The translations under genes and the position numbers were made by a program. From NCBI GenBank assembly GCA_047601445.1, contig JASGJH010000001.1, forward strand, positions 2,528,001 to 2,592,000: a DNA stretch of 64,000 bases. Reading direction: 5' to 3'. This document shows, one piece after another, positions 40,409-50,467 of the stretch (positions are counted from its first letter, which is position 1; every line of letters begins with the position of its first letter). Origin of the DNA: Myxococcales bacterium. GTDB lineage: Bacteria; Myxococcota_A; Polyangia; Polyangiales; DASUME01. The notes beneath the pieces were generated by a model, which saw only the letters and a list, made by a program, of their open reading frames with translations, made no database searches and was not told the origin of the DNA.

Positions 40409-42274
40409 ATGTTGACCCAACACATCGCTTTGGTGCCCGAGGCAGAGCCGCGTTCGGCTGCGCGAGCTGCGCCGGCCGAGACCGCTTTCCTCGCGGAATT
40501 ACTCAGGGTCAGCGCGGCGCTGCAGCGTCAGGTCAGCCACGACTTGGGACCGCTGTGGGGTGTCCAGGCCACAGTGAACGTTTTTGCCGCGCTCGAAGAG
40601 GTGCCGGTCGGATACTGGCCCATCATCGTGCGCGCGGGCGAGCTTGGCACGGACGCAGGGGTGTACCTCGATGAGCATGGTCAGCCCTATGCGCGCATCG
40701 AGCAAGGGCCGCTGTGGTCCCTCGCGGCTAGCCGCGCATGCCTCGAAATGTTGGTGAACCCATTCGGGGATCGCACGGTGAGCGCAGCGTCGCCGCGCGC
40801 CGGTCAGGGCACCGTCCAGATCCTGGTCGAGGTCTGCGCGGCCTGCGCTGCGCCCGAATTCGCCTACGCCATCAATGGCGTGCTTGTGTCCGACTTCGTG
40901 CTGCCCGCTTTTTTTAGCGGCAGCTCGCTCGGAGCCAACGAGCGCCTCAGCTTTCGTCACCACGTGTCGCGTGCTCTGGAGCCGCAGGCCGGCGGCCATA
41001 TCACGTGGTTCGAGCCCATGAGCAACCTGTGGTGGTTGCGTCGCCAGGCGGAGGGAGCCCCCACCGACATCACGCTGGGCCCGGTGGACCGTCGACTGAC
41101 CTCGGCGCGAGCTCAGGTGCAGTTTCATCTCGCCTCGCTGCTCGAACCCGCACTGCCTGCGCGCCTGGAGCGAGAAGCAGAGTCAGCCCTCGAGCGCGCA
41201 CAGGGCGCCGCGCGGGCCCGCGCCCAGCGCCTGCGGGCGCTACTGAACGTCGGCAGTCAGTTCGTGTCGAGCGAACCTGCGGAGCACGCGGATGCGCAGG
41301 CGGAGGCGGTCACGACGACGCGGCCGGCACCTGCGCCGCGCGAGGACAAAGTCGTCGCCGCGGTGGCGGCTGCGGAGCCCGAGGAAGTCTCCGAGCACGA
41401 CGTGAGCGACGCCGACGAAGAGGCGTTCGAGTTTGCCCAGGAGGGCGCGGAGCACGTCGAAGACGTCGAGCCCGCGGAGCAAGCCGCCCACGAGGCAACT
41501 GAGGAGGACGTATCCGAGCAGGACGTATCCGAGCAGGAGCTTGCCGCTGCCGTCGACACGGTCTCCTACGATCCGGAATCGGACCTGCTGACGGACACGA
41601 TGCCGCCGCCCGCCGAGCCCGTGGTGAAGCCGGTGCCCCCGCTGCCGTCGGTGCCGCCGCCTCCCCGCGTGAAGCCGGCCGTCGCGCAGCTGTCGGCGCT
41701 CGCCGAGCGCAAGGATTCTCCCCGTGGCGGGGCGTTCGGGGCGGGGATCGTCCTGGCCGCCGCGGCGGCCATCGCCTGGTTCGTGACATCGAGCCCGAAG
41801 GAAGCGGAGCCAGCCAAGTCGGCCGATGCCCCGGCTGCTGCGGCAGCCCCTCAAGCACTACCCGCTGCGACGCCGCCGGCAGCGCCGGCCCCGCAAGCCC
41901 CCCTTCCGAGCTCCTCGGGTAACGCAGCCCGACCCGACCCTGCAGGACAGCCGGGCAACGCTGCGCAGGCCGCACAGCCAGCAGCAACGGCGGCCGCCGC
42001 GCACCCCGCAACGCCTGCGCCCAGCCCTGCTCCCCAAGTCGCCAAGCTCGAGAGCCCCCCTGAACGCCGCCATACCCATCGCGCGCGCGCCGCAGCGGAG
42101 ACCGTCGGACAGCCCCCACCAGCGGTGGCGAATGCCCCGTCCGCTCCATCGGCATCCCCGGCAGCATCCAAACCAACCGATACGCAGGACGCTCCGGGCG
42201 CCCTGAATCCCAAGCCAGCGAGCCCGGCCCACGCAGCGGCAGGTCTCGACGATCTCATCGAGTCGCGGCAATGA
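40409..42274 (+). CDS. Membrane protein: degenerate zincin-like N-domain, acidic linker, TM segment, Pro/Ala-rich tail
   Basis: N-domain LQRQV..DLGPLWGV...WSLAASRACLEMLVNP...EVC...SDFVLPAFF; TM segment GAGIVLAAAAAIAWFV. Confidence 0.65.
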   Translation: MLTQHIALVPEAEPRSAARAAPAETAFLAELLRVSAALQRQVSHDLGPLWGVQATVNVFAALEEVPVGYWPIIVRAGELGTDAGVYLDEHGQPYARIEQGPLWSLAASRACLEMLVNPFGDRTVSAASPRAGQGTVQILVEVCAACAAPEFAYAINGVLVSDFVLPAFFSGSSLGANERLSFRHHVSRALEPQAGGHITWFEPMSNLWWLRRQAEGAPTDITLGPVDRRLTSARAQVQFHLASLLEPALPARLEREAESALERAQGAARARAQRLRALLNVGSQFVSSEPAEHADAQAEAVTTTRPAPAPREDKVVAAVAAAEPEEVSEHDVSDADEEAFEFAQEGAEHVEDVEPAEQAAHEATEEDVSEQDVSEQELAAAVDTVSYDPESDLLTDTMPPPAEPVVKPVPPLPSVPPPPRVKPAVAQLSALAERKDSPRGGAFGAGIVLAAAAAIAWFVTSSPKEAEPAKSADAPAAAAAPQALPAATPPAAPAPQAPLPSSSGNAARPDPAGQPGNAAQAAQPAATAAAAHPATPAPSPAPQVAKLESPPERRHTHRARAAAETVGQPPPAVANAPSAPSASPAASKPTDTQDAPGALNPKPASPAHAAAGLDDLIESRQ

Positions 42275-43296
42275 AACAAGCGACCTCTGGGTCCATCCGT
42301 CTCCTGATCGCCGTCCTGGCGTGGGGGATTGCGGCGGCGAGCGCGCACGCCGACGACAGCGCGGCCCGTGCGCGCGCCGACTCGTTGTTCAGCTCCGGCA
42401 AGGAACGTATGGCGCAAGGCCAGTACGCCCAGGCCTGTGCGATGTTCGCGGAGAGCTACAAGCTCGATCCCGCGACAGGCAGTCTGCTTGCCCTGGCCCT
42501 GTGCTACGAGCGCGACAACAAGCTCGCCTCGGCGCAGGAAAACTATGTGGCCGCCGCCACCCGCGCCCACGCCGAAAATCAGCCGGCCCGTGAGGAAGCT
42601 GCCACGGCCCGAGCCAAAGCACTGGATGCCGAGGTTTCCCACCTCGTGATCGAAGCCAAGGACGTGGACCTCGCGCACGGCACGGTCTTCTTGAATGGCC
42701 GCCCCATGCGGCCGGAGCAGCTCGACGTTCCGATCGCGCTCGACGGCGGCACGGCCTACGTGGACCTGCGCGTCGATGGAACCAAGGTCTGGAGCACGCA
42801 GGCACAGATCGCCAGCAAGCAAGGGCGTGCCTTCGTGCATGTTCCCTCCTTGCGCGTTCCCGCGGATCGCGCCGCGAGCGCGCCACCCGTGGCCGCAGCA
42901 CCGGTTGAAACCAAGCCCACCCCGGCACCAGCGCGTGAACCACGCCCCAACCAGCGACTCAAGTGGCTCAGCGTGGGGCTCATGTCGGCGGGCGGCGCGG
43001 GACTCGCACTGGGGCTCGGCTTTTCGCTGCGCGCCATCCTCAAGAACAACGACTCCGACGCCGGATGCAGCGGTGACGTCTGTCACGGAGAAGCGCGCGA
43101 GAGTCGGCTCGAAGCGCGTCGCGCCGGCAATGCGGCCACCGTCAGCCTCACGCTGGGCACGGCGTTGGCAGCCAGCGGCGTGGTGACCTACTTCCTCGGT
43201 TGGAAGAGACAGGGAGCCAAGCTCGACGCTCGCCGGTTGCCCACACCATGGGTCATGCACCAAGGTGGCGGCGCTTCGATTCAGGGTGCCTTCTGA
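42271..43296 (+). CDS. Secreted TPR protein with C-terminal hydrophobic segments and terminal Phe
   Basis: ADSLFSSGK...ACAMFAESYKLDPATGSLLALALCYE (TPR); ends in ASIQGAF; ATGA overlap with the upstream gene. Confidence 0.78.
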   Translation: MKQATSGSIRLLIAVLAWGIAAASAHADDSAARARADSLFSSGKERMAQGQYAQACAMFAESYKLDPATGSLLALALCYERDNKLASAQENYVAAATRAHAENQPAREEAATARAKALDAEVSHLVIEAKDVDLAHGTVFLNGRPMRPEQLDVPIALDGGTAYVDLRVDGTKVWSTQAQIASKQGRAFVHVPSLRVPADRAASAPPVAAAPVETKPTPAPAREPRPNQRLKWLSVGLMSAGGAGLALGLGFSLRAILKNNDSDAGCSGDVCHGEARESRLEARRAGNAATVSLTLGTALAASGVVTYFLGWKRQGAKLDARRLPTPWVMHQGGGASIQGAF

Positions 43297-44331
43297 TGTC
43301 AGGTTCGTACGTGCGCCGCGGAAGTTCGCCCCGCGTATGGTCGTTCGTGCTCCTTGCCTGCGCCGGCTGCAATGCCGTGCTGGGCATCCACGATCCTCGT
43401 GAGGGAGAGCTACTCGATCCCGACGCCGAGGTGCCCGAGCTGGATGGCGGGTCCACGCCGGACGCGGGTGAGTCCCCCGATGCGAGTGCGTCTCACGACG
43501 CGGGGCCCGTGGCGCTCTCGTCGCGCCGCGCCTTCGCGACCTGGCCCATGCCCAACGCGCCTTCGGACACGAACCATCCGATGTCCTACGTCGTGCAGAG
43601 CCCGGAGGTCGTGCTCGATCAGAATCACGCAGCTCGAGTGGGCCCGCGCCGCCGCCTCCGACGCCATGGACTGGCAGACCGCGGCCAAGTATTGCGCGGA
43701 CCTCTCCGCGGCGGGTGGCGGCTTTCGTCTGCCCTCACGCATCGAGCTGTTGTCCTTGCTCGATCCCAGCCGTGTCTCGCCCGCCCTCGACGCCGATGTT
43801 TTTCCAGACCAGCCAGGTTCGCCCTACTGGTCCGATTCCCCGCTGGCCGACAACCACGATCGCCGCTGGGCCATCGAAATGCAGTTCTCGACGCAGTTCG
43901 CGTTGCCGCGCGAGCTCGACAAGGCACTCCGCGTTCGCTGCGTGCGCGACAAGGGCCAGCTTCCCGCCACCGGTCGCTTCAACGTCGAGGGCCCGCTCGT
44001 TCACGATCTCGGCACGCAGCTCACATGGCAGTCGGCGGACGCGCCCAACATGCTCTCGCACGCCGATGCACTCGCGTACTGTACGAACCTCGACCTCAAT
44101 GGGAAGGGCTTCCGCCTCCCCACCTTGAAAGAGCTGCACACCCTCGTCGACGAGGCGCGCACGCTGCCAGCGGCGGATTCGATGCTGTTCCCCGACACGG
44201 ACAGCGAGGGCTACTGGTCATCGACCGCCCTGGTCGAATTCCCGCGCTCGGCGTGGATCGTCAACTTCGCCCGCGGCATCGACGGCTTCGCCGGCGTCGA
44301 CACCAGCCAGCACGTGCGCTGCGTGCGCTGA
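43296..44331 (+). pseudogene. Lcl/DUF1566 double-domain lipoprotein split by a +1 frameshift
   Basis: The frame from ATG 43296 gives lipobox CAGC...VVLD. The +1 frame continues RITQLEW...FRLPSRIEL...VRCVR, then a second DUF1566-like unit. The shift is near 43620. Confidence 0.75.
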
Positions 44332-44346
44332 CCCGCGCCTGCTATA

Positions 44347-45060
44347 GTGGGGGCCGTGCTGTCGCCGCTTACGATCCGGAAGCTTGCCCGTCACGAAGTC
44401 TCCCCCACCGCGCGCCTGCTGGCCGCAGCCTTCGCTGACAATCCCTGTTACGCGTTCATGCATCCGCGGGAGGCCACGCGCCCGCGCGACCTCGAGGCGT
44501 TCTTCCGGCGCAACCTGCTCTGGCACTTCAAGCACGAGCTCACCTGGGTGGCGGTGCAAGAACAGGGCCCCTCCGGCGAAAGCCGCGTGCTCGGCACGGT
44601 CACCTTGGTGCCGCCGGGCGGTGTACCGAGCACCCCCATCGGCCTCTTCAGCCACTGGGTGCTCCCCACGCTGTTTCAGCAAGGGCCCCAGACCGTGAAG
44701 CGCATGATCCACGCGGACGAGGAGTTCAAACAGCGCTATCTGGAGGACACCCTGGGTTTGCCCTACTGGCATGTGCATGCGGTGGCGGTAGCCCCCGAAG
44801 CCCAGCACCAGGGCGTGGGAACCCGCCTGTTGCGTCACGTGCTGAAGGAGCTGGCCCAGCAGCTGCGGGTCACTCCGGGGCCCGTGGTGTTGAGCACCCA
44901 GCGCGAGCGCAACCTGCCATTCTATCGCCGCTTGGGCTTCGAACTGACCGGTGCCCAGCAGATGGGCGTGCACGGCGGCCAGGTCGGCCATACGAGCTGG
45001 TTCTTGCGTCAGACGCAGCTGCAAGCGCCCGCGCTGACTTCCGCGCCGCGCCCGCGCTGA
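44347..45060 (+). CDS. GNAT-family N-acetyltransferase
   Basis: LAAAFADNP, AVAPEAQHQGVGTRLL and NLPFYRRLGF motifs. Confidence 0.88.
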   Translation: MGAVLSPLTIRKLARHEVSPTARLLAAAFADNPCYAFMHPREATRPRDLEAFFRRNLLWHFKHELTWVAVQEQGPSGESRVLGTVTLVPPGGVPSTPIGLFSHWVLPTLFQQGPQTVKRMIHADEEFKQRYLEDTLGLPYWHVHAVAVAPEAQHQGVGTRLLRHVLKELAQQLRVTPGPVVLSTQRERNLPFYRRLGFELTGAQQMGVHGGQVGHTSWFLRQTQLQAPALTSAPRPR

Positions 45061-45156
45061 CCCTGCGCCCGCGTTGGCGCGGCCCCCGCCCCATTGCGCT
45101 ACGCCATGACGCGCACGGGCCAGTGGGGATGCCGCCACGCTCGGCGCGGGGAGAGC

Positions 45157-46653
45157 TCAGAACGCCCAGGCAAGCTGCGCGGCGATGACCTTCACTTGCG
45201 TCCCCTCGGTACCGGCGAACGCAAACTGATATTCGAGCTTGAGCACGATGGCGTCGGCCGGGCGAATGTTGAGGCCCACCTGACTGAACGCCGTCTTCGT
45301 CAAGATGCCGTAGTTGTTCGAGCGCTGATACTCGAGCGTGCCGAAGGGCATGACGCCCCACCACGGAAGTCGATAGCCCACGAGCACGTAACCGGCCCAG
45401 TTGAACACATCGGGCGGCAACGCATTCACCGGCACACCGGCCTGCCCTCCCGTGAACACTGGCGTGCGACCGGCCTCGGTGTACTGCCAGCGTTGCCCCA
45501 CCCATTCACTCTGTAGGTGCAGCCTGCGATACTTCCACAGCACGTCGCCAGCCACGGCAGTGACGTAGGCTTGATCCGAAACGACCCGCTGTACCTGCAG
45601 CTTCGTTCCGTCGGCGCTGATGCCGAGTCCCGTTGTGCCTCCGCTGTTTTCGCCATAGAACGCGGAGCCGCCGATTTGGAACGTGCTGGCTCCGACGTAC
45701 TCCAGGGCCAACCGACCACCGATGGCCTTGTTCTTGTCGAGATCGCGGTACTCGCTGACGGGGCCGAGACCATTGGACAACGTGAGGTGATAGCGAACCG
45801 CGAACTTGGAGCCGACGCCCATGCGACCGAAGGCCTCGACACCGGTCTGGTGCTCCGGGAAGAAGGCCCCGTTGACCGCATAGGGTCGCATGACTGGCAC
45901 GACCACTGGCGACCCGTGGTCGACGTTCCAGATACCGTAGGGCGTCAGAAAAGCGCCCAAACGCAGCGTCAAATAGCGGAGCGCCGACCACTCGCCATAG
46001 GCGCGTTCGATGTAGATGCCGCCCCAGCGAACGTTGGCGCCGGTTCCGGAGGAGTCGATGACCTCGGTGCTGGTCGCTCCCGAGGTCGAAAACAGCGGGG
46101 CGGAGCCATTGGGCGAGTACATGAAGCGGACCTCGGTCATCATCCGGAAGGACTCGGTGATGTTCTTGGTCGCGTACAAGTTGAGGCGCCCGACGAACAT
46201 CGAGCCTTCGGTGCCGGCCGTGCGGGTGCTGAACGCAGCGTCGTCAGGGTTGAGCAGCTGGAGGTAGTTCACGTCCATGAAGCCGCTGAAGTGCAAGTCG
46301 GTGTCGAGGCCCTGCTCCTCCGCGTTGAGTCCGAGCGCGGCTAGCTCTGCTTCCGTCAGGTCGCCCGACGTGGCGTCATCGGCTGCCACGTCCCCCTCAG
46401 CAACAGACGCTTCCGTCTGGATGGCCGCAGTGGCCACAGCATCCTCTGGCTGCGACTCTGCGACGGTTCCCCCAGTGGCAGGCGTCGCTGCTTGGGGCTC
46501 GGCCAGCGTCGCCGGTGCAGCAGTCCCCACCTGGTCAGGCGGGCCCGCTTCGGCCGCAGGCTGCTCCGGCGCCACCGGCGCACTCTCTTGAGCTCGTGCG
46601 CGCTGAGCGCCGGCCAACACGAGGAGCGTAAAGATGAAGCGCGCGGCTTTCAC
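45157..46653 (-). CDS. Outer-membrane beta-barrel porin-like protein
   Basis: Signal peptide; FSGFMDV, IERAYGEW, GAFLTPYGIWNVDH; alternating beta strands; terminal AWAF; GTGA overlap with the upstream gene. Confidence 0.8.
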   Translation of the reverse strand: MKAARFIFTLLVLAGAQRARAQESAPVAPEQPAAEAGPPDQVGTAAPATLAEPQAATPATGGTVAESQPEDAVATAAIQTEASVAEGDVAADDATSGDLTEAELAALGLNAEEQGLDTDLHFSGFMDVNYLQLLNPDDAAFSTRTAGTEGSMFVGRLNLYATKNITESFRMMTEVRFMYSPNGSAPLFSTSGATSTEVIDSSGTGANVRWGGIYIERAYGEWSALRYLTLRLGAFLTPYGIWNVDHGSPVVVPVMRPYAVNGAFFPEHQTGVEAFGRMGVGSKFAVRYHLTLSNGLGPVSEYRDLDKNKAIGGRLALEYVGASTFQIGGSAFYGENSGGTTGLGISADGTKLQVQRVVSDQAYVTAVAGDVLWKYRRLHLQSEWVGQRWQYTEAGRTPVFTGGQAGVPVNALPPDVFNWAGYVLVGYRLPWWGVMPFGTLEYQRSNNYGILTKTAFSQVGLNIRPADAIVLKLEYQFAFAGTEGTQVKVIAAQLAWAF

Positions 46654-47207
46654 GGCTCCACCTTCATTCCGCCCATCGGGCATTTGTCATCGACGAGTTG
46701 ATCGGGCGAAATGCACAGCGACAGCCCCGAGAGCAGCGCCGAGAAGTCACAGCAAACGTAGGTCGAGCCGCAGGAGTTCTCGCCGCTGGCGCAGTTGTCG
46801 ACCGCGCAAGTGTTGACGATGGGCGTGCAGTACTTCGCATCGAAGCTTGCGCAGTCCGCCGCCGATTCACAGTGCTCACCGACACCCGTCGGCTCGTGCG
46901 CCATCGACGCATCCTGGGCGACGCCGCCATCGGGCTTCGGGCTCGCGCACTTGCCGTTCTCAGGGCTTTGCCCCGCGGGGCACAGCTTGCAGCCATGGCC
47001 CTTCAGCTCGTCGAACACGTAGCCGCGGGCCTCATCGCACACGCACACTTCGTAGTCGAGCAACTCGCCGCCCGTGCGGTAGACCTGATGGGGACCGCAG
47101 GCCTCGTCGTGAGGAACACAGCCCGGCGCCAGCAGGAAGGCGAACGCAGCGGCCCACGGGCCCACCCCGCCCCGGCTCCGTGCATGCCCATATCTCGTTG
47201 TTTCCAT
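46650..47207 (-). CDS. Cys-rich lipoprotein
   Basis: Lipobox APGC; numerous Cys residues. Confidence 0.7.
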   Translation of the reverse strand: METTRYGHARSRGGVGPWAAAFAFLLAPGCVPHDEACGPHQVYRTGGELLDYEVCVCDEARGYVFDELKGHGCKLCPAGQSPENGKCASPKPDGGVAQDASMAHEPTGVGEHCESAADCASFDAKYCTPIVNTCAVDNCASGENSCGSTYVCCDFSALLSGLSLCISPDQLVDDKCPMGGMKVEP

Positions 47208-47285
47208 GTTCTCCAGCCCAACCGAACGCGCGCCGCGATGTGTGTATGTGCGCCGTGCGCTACTGCGTAAGTGTTTGCCTCGGCC

Positions 47286-47846
47286 CTACTCCCCCCGAGA
47301 GAGCAGATAGCCGCTCTCCGAAGGACCCTTCCCGTCGATGCGCAGCGCGCGTGTACGGGGATCCAGCGAAGCCAAGGGCACACAGGCGATGGCGCCCTTG
47401 AGCTGCGCCACGATTCGAACCGCGAGCTCGACCGAGGGCGCGGTGCGCGGGGGATTGCGTCCGTCGCGCACGCGCTGATCGATCCAGAAGCTGCCCACCT
47501 CCTCCGGCGCAAGCCCCAGGAGGGCGCGATCGAGACGCTCGCGAGCAGGCGTCCGAAGCGGCAAATTCAGCGGGATCAGGCGTATGCCGTGGTACTCGGC
47601 GCGCAACCCCAGGAAGGCGGTGCGCACCACGTCCGACGGGATGTCCGAGACCCCGGTCGCGCTGCCGATGATCAGCGCGAGCTCATCGGTCTGCTGGACG
47701 CCTGCCGTCGCCACGCGCACCGGCATCAGCGCAAGAATCAGCAGCGCGAGCGCTCCGAGTGCGCCCCATCCGAAGCGCCGCCGGGACTCGAGAGCCAGGC
47801 GCCGTTCTCCACCATTCGAGCCCGACCTGTCGTCGTACATCATCAA
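47286..47846 (-). CDS. Small periplasmic binding-protein-like (PstS-related) protein
   Basis: Signal segment; VRTAFLG...RERLDRALLG...FWIDQRVR...VAQLKGAIACVP...LRIDGKGP; same strand as the porin. Confidence 0.6.
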   Translation of the reverse strand: MMMYDDRSGSNGGERRLALESRRRFGWGALGALALLILALMPVRVATAGVQQTDELALIIGSATGVSDIPSDVVRTAFLGLRAEYHGIRLIPLNLPLRTPARERLDRALLGLAPEEVGSFWIDQRVRDGRNPPRTAPSVELAVRIVAQLKGAIACVPLASLDPRTRALRIDGKGPSESGYLLSRGE

Positions 47847-48073
47847 CTACGTACGCCTCGGCTGGCGACGCCCCCACGCGCTGCCCGCTCGATGCCCCCT
47901 GTATCGTAAGGGTGATTGTCACGCGTCCCCTTCTCGGGACGCAAGGAGATTTCACCACAAGAACGTGCGGCAGAACGCAATCGCGGCGCATCGCCGTGTA
48001 GCGCAAACCGCTACGCCACAGGGCGCACGAACGTTTCGATCACGGCGTCCCGAGCGGGACTCGCACGTTTGTT

Positions 48074-50209
48074 CTACAGCAGCACGATCGGCTCACAGCC
48101 GAGCTCCACGATCACGCTGGTGCGACGGTTGTTCTTGAAGGCCTTGCATGCCTCGCCGAAGAGCTGGATGGCGCTCTGCGTGGCGTCGGCCCAATCCCAA
48201 CCTTCGTGCGCCGCGTGCTCACGATCGAACGGGATGGCTTCTCCGTTCAAATAGAGATTGGCGTTCGCTTTGTCCGCGTCCTCTGAAAATCCATCCACAC
48301 CGAAGGAACACGTCGACAAGCTATCCGAGATGCCCGCGAGCGCTTGGTTGAGCTCGGCGTCGTCCTTGGCGTCCACATAGGGCGACTTGCTCGGATCGCT
48401 CGCGGTGGACATATCGGTGCCGCCGTTTTTCACGATAGTGCGAAGCTGCTCTTCGTTCGCGGGGGTCTTGTCGCTCGGCAAACCGTAGCGCACCGCGTAG
48501 GTGTCCACATTGGCGTCGCGCAGGCGCTTGGCGGCATCTCCCAATTGTTGCACCAGGATGCTTTGGTCCACGCCCGCACAGCTGTCGCCGCCCGCAGAAA
48601 GGACGACCACGGCGCCCTTCACCTCCGGATCCGCCAGCCGGCCAGGTGCCGCGGCCACGTTCTGCAGCACGTGCGAGAGCGGGCTCGATCCGAAGGGGAG
48701 CTTCTCGAGGATGGCGCTCATCAAGGAGATCTCCGTACCATCTCCGCAGGGAATCTCCGGCGTTGCCGCCACGTCGCACGACAGTGCGCTCGAGCTCTTG
48801 GCCGGGAAGAACTGGATGCCGAACTCGATGTCGTCGTTGATGGGCGCGACGAGGGCTTGATTGACGGCATGCCCCACTGCCTCCCAGTAGCTCACGCTGG
48901 GGCGCATGCCCAGCTGGGGCGCGACCTGGCAAGAGCTGGTGCCGTCCGTGCATTGAATACGGGACGCGGACACGTCGAACACGAAGAGCACGGCGCGCGG
49001 CTTGGTCTCGACCTTGATGGAAGCCGTGCCGCACACATCGCTCGAGCACGTCTTGCGCGCCTCGAACTGCGCGTCGTTCTGCAGCGCCTGACAGGCTTGA
49101 CCGAACAGCTCCACCTGACTCGCGTTACCCGCCACGAAGTTCCAGCCGTTCAGGTTCTTGCGGTCGCGCTCGACCACCTTTCCGTTGACCACGAAGTCGA
49201 GTTGGAACGGGTTCACTGCCTTGGCTGGTTCGAGCGCATCTGGAATCACGAAGCGACAGTTACGCACGCTCTTGCCTACTTGGGTCAACACGTCGCTGAA
49301 CTTGGCGGGATCGTCAACCTTGGGCACCTCCTTGAGTCCCGAGTTCCCGTACTGCAACAGGGTCGAGAGCACCTCGAGGTCCGTATTGCCATTCACCGTA
49401 CCGAGCGCACCGGTGGAACCGGGCGCAGCCGAGGCATCGAAGCCGATGGGGATGATGCGGATGTTGCGTTTGCCGAGCTCCACCGCGAGCTTCTGATAGG
49501 CGAGCAACTTGTCGTTCTCCTGTGCGAACACGGAGCCGAAACAGTTGTCGTTGCCGTTGGTGATGAACAAGAGATAGTTGGTGCGCTCCGGGTCCGCGAG
49601 CTTGGTGCTTTGCTCGAGGTAGTAGTTCAAGGGTTCGATGACAGGCGACGTCTCCCACAGCCCGCCGAGCCCGTAGGTTCCGCCGGGTGGTGCATCTCCG
49701 AGTACGCCCGCCAGCTCTTCCGCGCTGGCGTTGCTCACGTCCTGGAACTTGTTCTTGGTGCTCCCGCACCAGTTGTTCTTCTCCCAGCCGCTCGTCCAGT
49801 CGGCGAGCTCGCCCCAGAACAGCTGGACGCCCATGGCCGCATCAGGGTGAGCTTTGCGGAGGTTTCGGAGGGCGTCCTTGATCTTGCTCCAGTGGGTAGC
49901 CATCGAAGCCGCGCCGTCCACGGCCACCATGATGTTCACGCCCGCGGGCGTGACGTCGATCGGAGTGTTGCCGCAATCGGCATCGGAGTCGTCTCTCGAG
50001 TCGCAGAAGGGGTTGTCCTCAGGGCAATCGTCCGCCTCTTGCGGCCCGTCGTCTTCCTGGGAGCCGGCGTCGTGCGCACGGGGGTCGACCGCCACGCCGG
50101 GCTGCGACTGCGGCTTGCCTCCGCATGCGCTCGCCGCGAACACGATGGTCAGGGCGAACAGGGGAGCGAGACGGCGGACAGGGGCCGCACCACGAGCACA
50201 TGGGGTCAT
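48074..50209 (-). CDS. Tandem double-VWA lipoprotein (CglB-like units)
   Basis: Lipobox ASAC; two units with VDGAASM and FDVSASR; repeated C-F...NG...GW...LFG.AC tails. Confidence 0.75.
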   Translation of the reverse strand: MTPCARGAAPVRRLAPLFALTIVFAASACGGKPQSQPGVAVDPRAHDAGSQEDDGPQEADDCPEDNPFCDSRDDSDADCGNTPIDVTPAGVNIMVAVDGAASMATHWSKIKDALRNLRKAHPDAAMGVQLFWGELADWTSGWEKNNWCGSTKNKFQDVSNASAEELAGVLGDAPPGGTYGLGGLWETSPVIEPLNYYLEQSTKLADPERTNYLLFITNGNDNCFGSVFAQENDKLLAYQKLAVELGKRNIRIIPIGFDASAAPGSTGALGTVNGNTDLEVLSTLLQYGNSGLKEVPKVDDPAKFSDVLTQVGKSVRNCRFVIPDALEPAKAVNPFQLDFVVNGKVVERDRKNLNGWNFVAGNASQVELFGQACQALQNDAQFEARKTCSSDVCGTASIKVETKPRAVLFVFDVSASRIQCTDGTSSCQVAPQLGMRPSVSYWEAVGHAVNQALVAPINDDIEFGIQFFPAKSSSALSCDVAATPEIPCGDGTEISLMSAILEKLPFGSSPLSHVLQNVAAAPGRLADPEVKGAVVVLSAGGDSCAGVDQSILVQQLGDAAKRLRDANVDTYAVRYGLPSDKTPANEEQLRTIVKNGGTDMSTASDPSKSPYVDAKDDAELNQALAGISDSLSTCSFGVDGFSEDADKANANLYLNGEAIPFDREHAAHEGWDWADATQSAIQLFGEACKAFKNNRRTSVIVELGCEPIVLL

Positions 50210-50467
50210 GCAGCGGCCATGTTTCGAGCGCGCACTTTTTATGAGCACACCGCGCAAAAACCGGTCCGCGCCCGACAAGCGACAGGCCCAAAAACGGCGC
50301 GAAGGGCTCGGCCCAAGCGGCGGAGGCGCTCAAAAACACTTGGGAATCTCGCTCACCGGCGCTCCCTACGGAGCGGGGCCCTCCCCCGAGGTGGGGCCGG
50401 TGGGTCAATTCTCCCGTCCCCTCGGTCGGCATCGCTTCGACGATTTTTGCGTAGAACGCGTCTTCCG

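Noticed and set aside
41506..41535. 15-bp tandem duplication (DVSEQ twice)
   Set aside because: In-frame slippage within an acidic low-complexity linker.
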